64,000 bases of DNA from Gemmatimonadales bacterium. GTDB lineage: Bacteria > Gemmatimonadota > Gemmatimonadetes > Gemmatimonadales > GWC2-71-9. A program made the position numbers and the translations under genes. Shown piece after piece: positions 63,223-64,000 of the stretch. The DNA is taken from the NCBI GenBank assembly GCA_050733195.1, contig JBOHSH010000017.1, positions 7,984 to 71,983 on the forward strand, in the 5' to 3' direction. The notes below the pieces were generated by a model that saw only the letters and a program-made list of their open reading frames with translations, was not told the DNA's origin and made no database searches. The number at the start of each line of letters is the position of its first letter. The stretch's first letter is position 1.

Positions 63223-64000
63223 GTGGAGACGCGCTGCAGAATCGCCTGCCTCATGTATCACGAGGTCACCGACGACAGCACGTCCTCGGGATTTCAGCGC
63301 CCGGCCGCGCGCCGGTACGCCCAGAAGCCCGCGCTGTTCCGCCGGCATCTCGACCGGATCGAGCGCAGCGGGATGGTCCCGGCCCGCGTCGACCAGGTGG
63401 AGCTCGGCAAGCCGGGCCGGCACCTCATGCTCACGTTCGACGACGGCGGCCGGAGCGCGCTGCACGTCGCCGACCAGCTCGCCGAGCGCGGGTGGCCCGC
63501 CCATTTCTTCATCGTCACCGAACGGATCGGTGCCCGGACCTTTCTCGGTCCGGCCGACATCCGGCGCCTGCGGAGCGATGGCCACCTCGTCGGCAGCCAT
63601 TCCCACACCCACCCCGACATCTTCCGCGACGGCACCCGCCCGCTCATGCTGGAAGAGTGGCGCGTGAGCGCCGCGATCCTCGAGGACCTGCTGGGCGAGC
63701 CCTGCTCGGCGGCCGCGGTGCCGGGTGGAGATATCTCGCCGGAGGTCCTCGCGACCGCGCGCGATTCCGGGTTCCGGTATCTCTTCACGAGCGAGCCGTG
63801 GGTCGTTCCACGGCTTCTCGGCGGTTGCTGGGTCGTCGGACGAGTGTGCCTCAAGGCGGGCGTCTCGCCGGACACCGTCGCCGCGCTGACGCAGTTCCGG
63901 GGCTGGGGACGCGCGCGCTTCGTGCGCGCGCTCAAGGGCGTCGCCCGCTACGGCCTCGGCCCGCTCTACCGGATGTACGTCGCCCACACGACGCGGCCCG
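63223..64000 (+). CDS. polysaccharide deacetylase (NodB/CE4 family); 3' end runs off the window
   Basis: My own translation from GTG 63223 gives VETRCRIACLMYHEV...LMLTFDDGGRSA...GSHSHTHPD. It is missing from the ORF track because no stop lies inside the window. Confidence 0.8.
   Translation, partial: METRCRIACLMYHEVTDDSTSSGFQRPAARRYAQKPALFRRHLDRIERSGMVPARVDQVELGKPGRHLMLTFDDGGRSALHVADQLAERGWPAHFFIVTERIGARTFLGPADIRRLRSDGHLVGSHSHTHPDIFRDGTRPLMLEEWRVSAAILEDLLGEPCSAAAVPGGDISPEVLATARDSGFRYLFTSEPWVVPRLLGGCWVVGRVCLKAGVSPDTVAALTQFRGWGRARFVRALKGVARYGLGPLYRMYVAHTTRP

Noticed and set aside
40857-64000. Calling the EPS locus a PEP-CTERM/exosortase system
   Set aside because: The gene set (FemAB-like, AsnB-type amidotransferase, CE4 deacetylase, AMP-ligase-like, Wzc/Wza, small PGT) is reminiscent of exosortase-associated loci. 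However, no exosortase (EpsH-like polytopic protein) and no protein ending in a PEP-CTERM sorting tail is present in this window. It might lie beyond 64000.
1-64000. Mobile elements, prophage, defence islands (restriction-modification, toxin-antitoxin, CBASS-like) and horizontally acquired segments
   Set aside because: No integrase, transposase, phage structural, nuclease/methylase or toxin-like signatures appear in any frame. Apart from the ~150-bp AT-rich spacer at 8.2 kb, composition looks uniform by eye.

Overview
Very GC-rich bacterial chromosomal window, judged by eye and not computed. Gene content such as a PEGA Ser/Thr kinase, TPR-HD-GYP proteins and Wzx/Wzy EPS genes suggests a Gemmatimonadota-, Myxococcota- or Acidobacteria-like organism, but that is inference only. 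Coding density is high, and many neighbouring genes overlap by 4 nt (ATGA or GTGA), which suggests translational coupling. I found no rRNA, tRNA, CRISPR array, transposase or integrase.

Layout:
- 1-5907 (minus): Zn/Mn-type ABC uptake operon with an outer-membrane barrel, an orphan GAF histidine kinase and a Bfd-like ferredoxin.
- 5963-12162: two paralogous two-gene modules (small lipoprotein, then TPR-HD-GYP phosphodiesterase) flank an oppositely oriented family-5 solute-binding protein and a sharply AT-rich regulatory island.
- 12433-16233 (minus): operon of two Ddl-like ATP-grasp ligases, a GNAT and a lysine 2,3-aminomutase.
- 16395-19367: folA, thyA and an FAD oxidase.
- 21240-29927 (minus): a long ten-gene coupled operon. 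It starts with a selD that carries an in-frame TGA (selenocysteine) and a SECIS-like hairpin; the ORF track truncates this gene.
- 29945-36056: mixed housekeeping and membrane genes.
- 36362-64000: a large Wzx/Wzy-type polysaccharide locus with divergent export and regulatory genes.

Best leads for new biology:
- The two lipoproteins look like ZU5-type domains ending in an HFS(R)Y autoproteolysis-like motif, each coupled to a TPR-HD-GYP enzyme.
- The KamA + GNAT + 2x ATP-grasp operon.
- The FemAB-ATP-grasp fusion and the P-loop / nucleotidyltransferase-like / phosphoesterase block inside the EPS locus.
- A 21-nt exact repeat placed 7 nt upstream of two sugar-nucleotide gene start codons.

All family assignments come from reading motifs in the translations. 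No database search was run.
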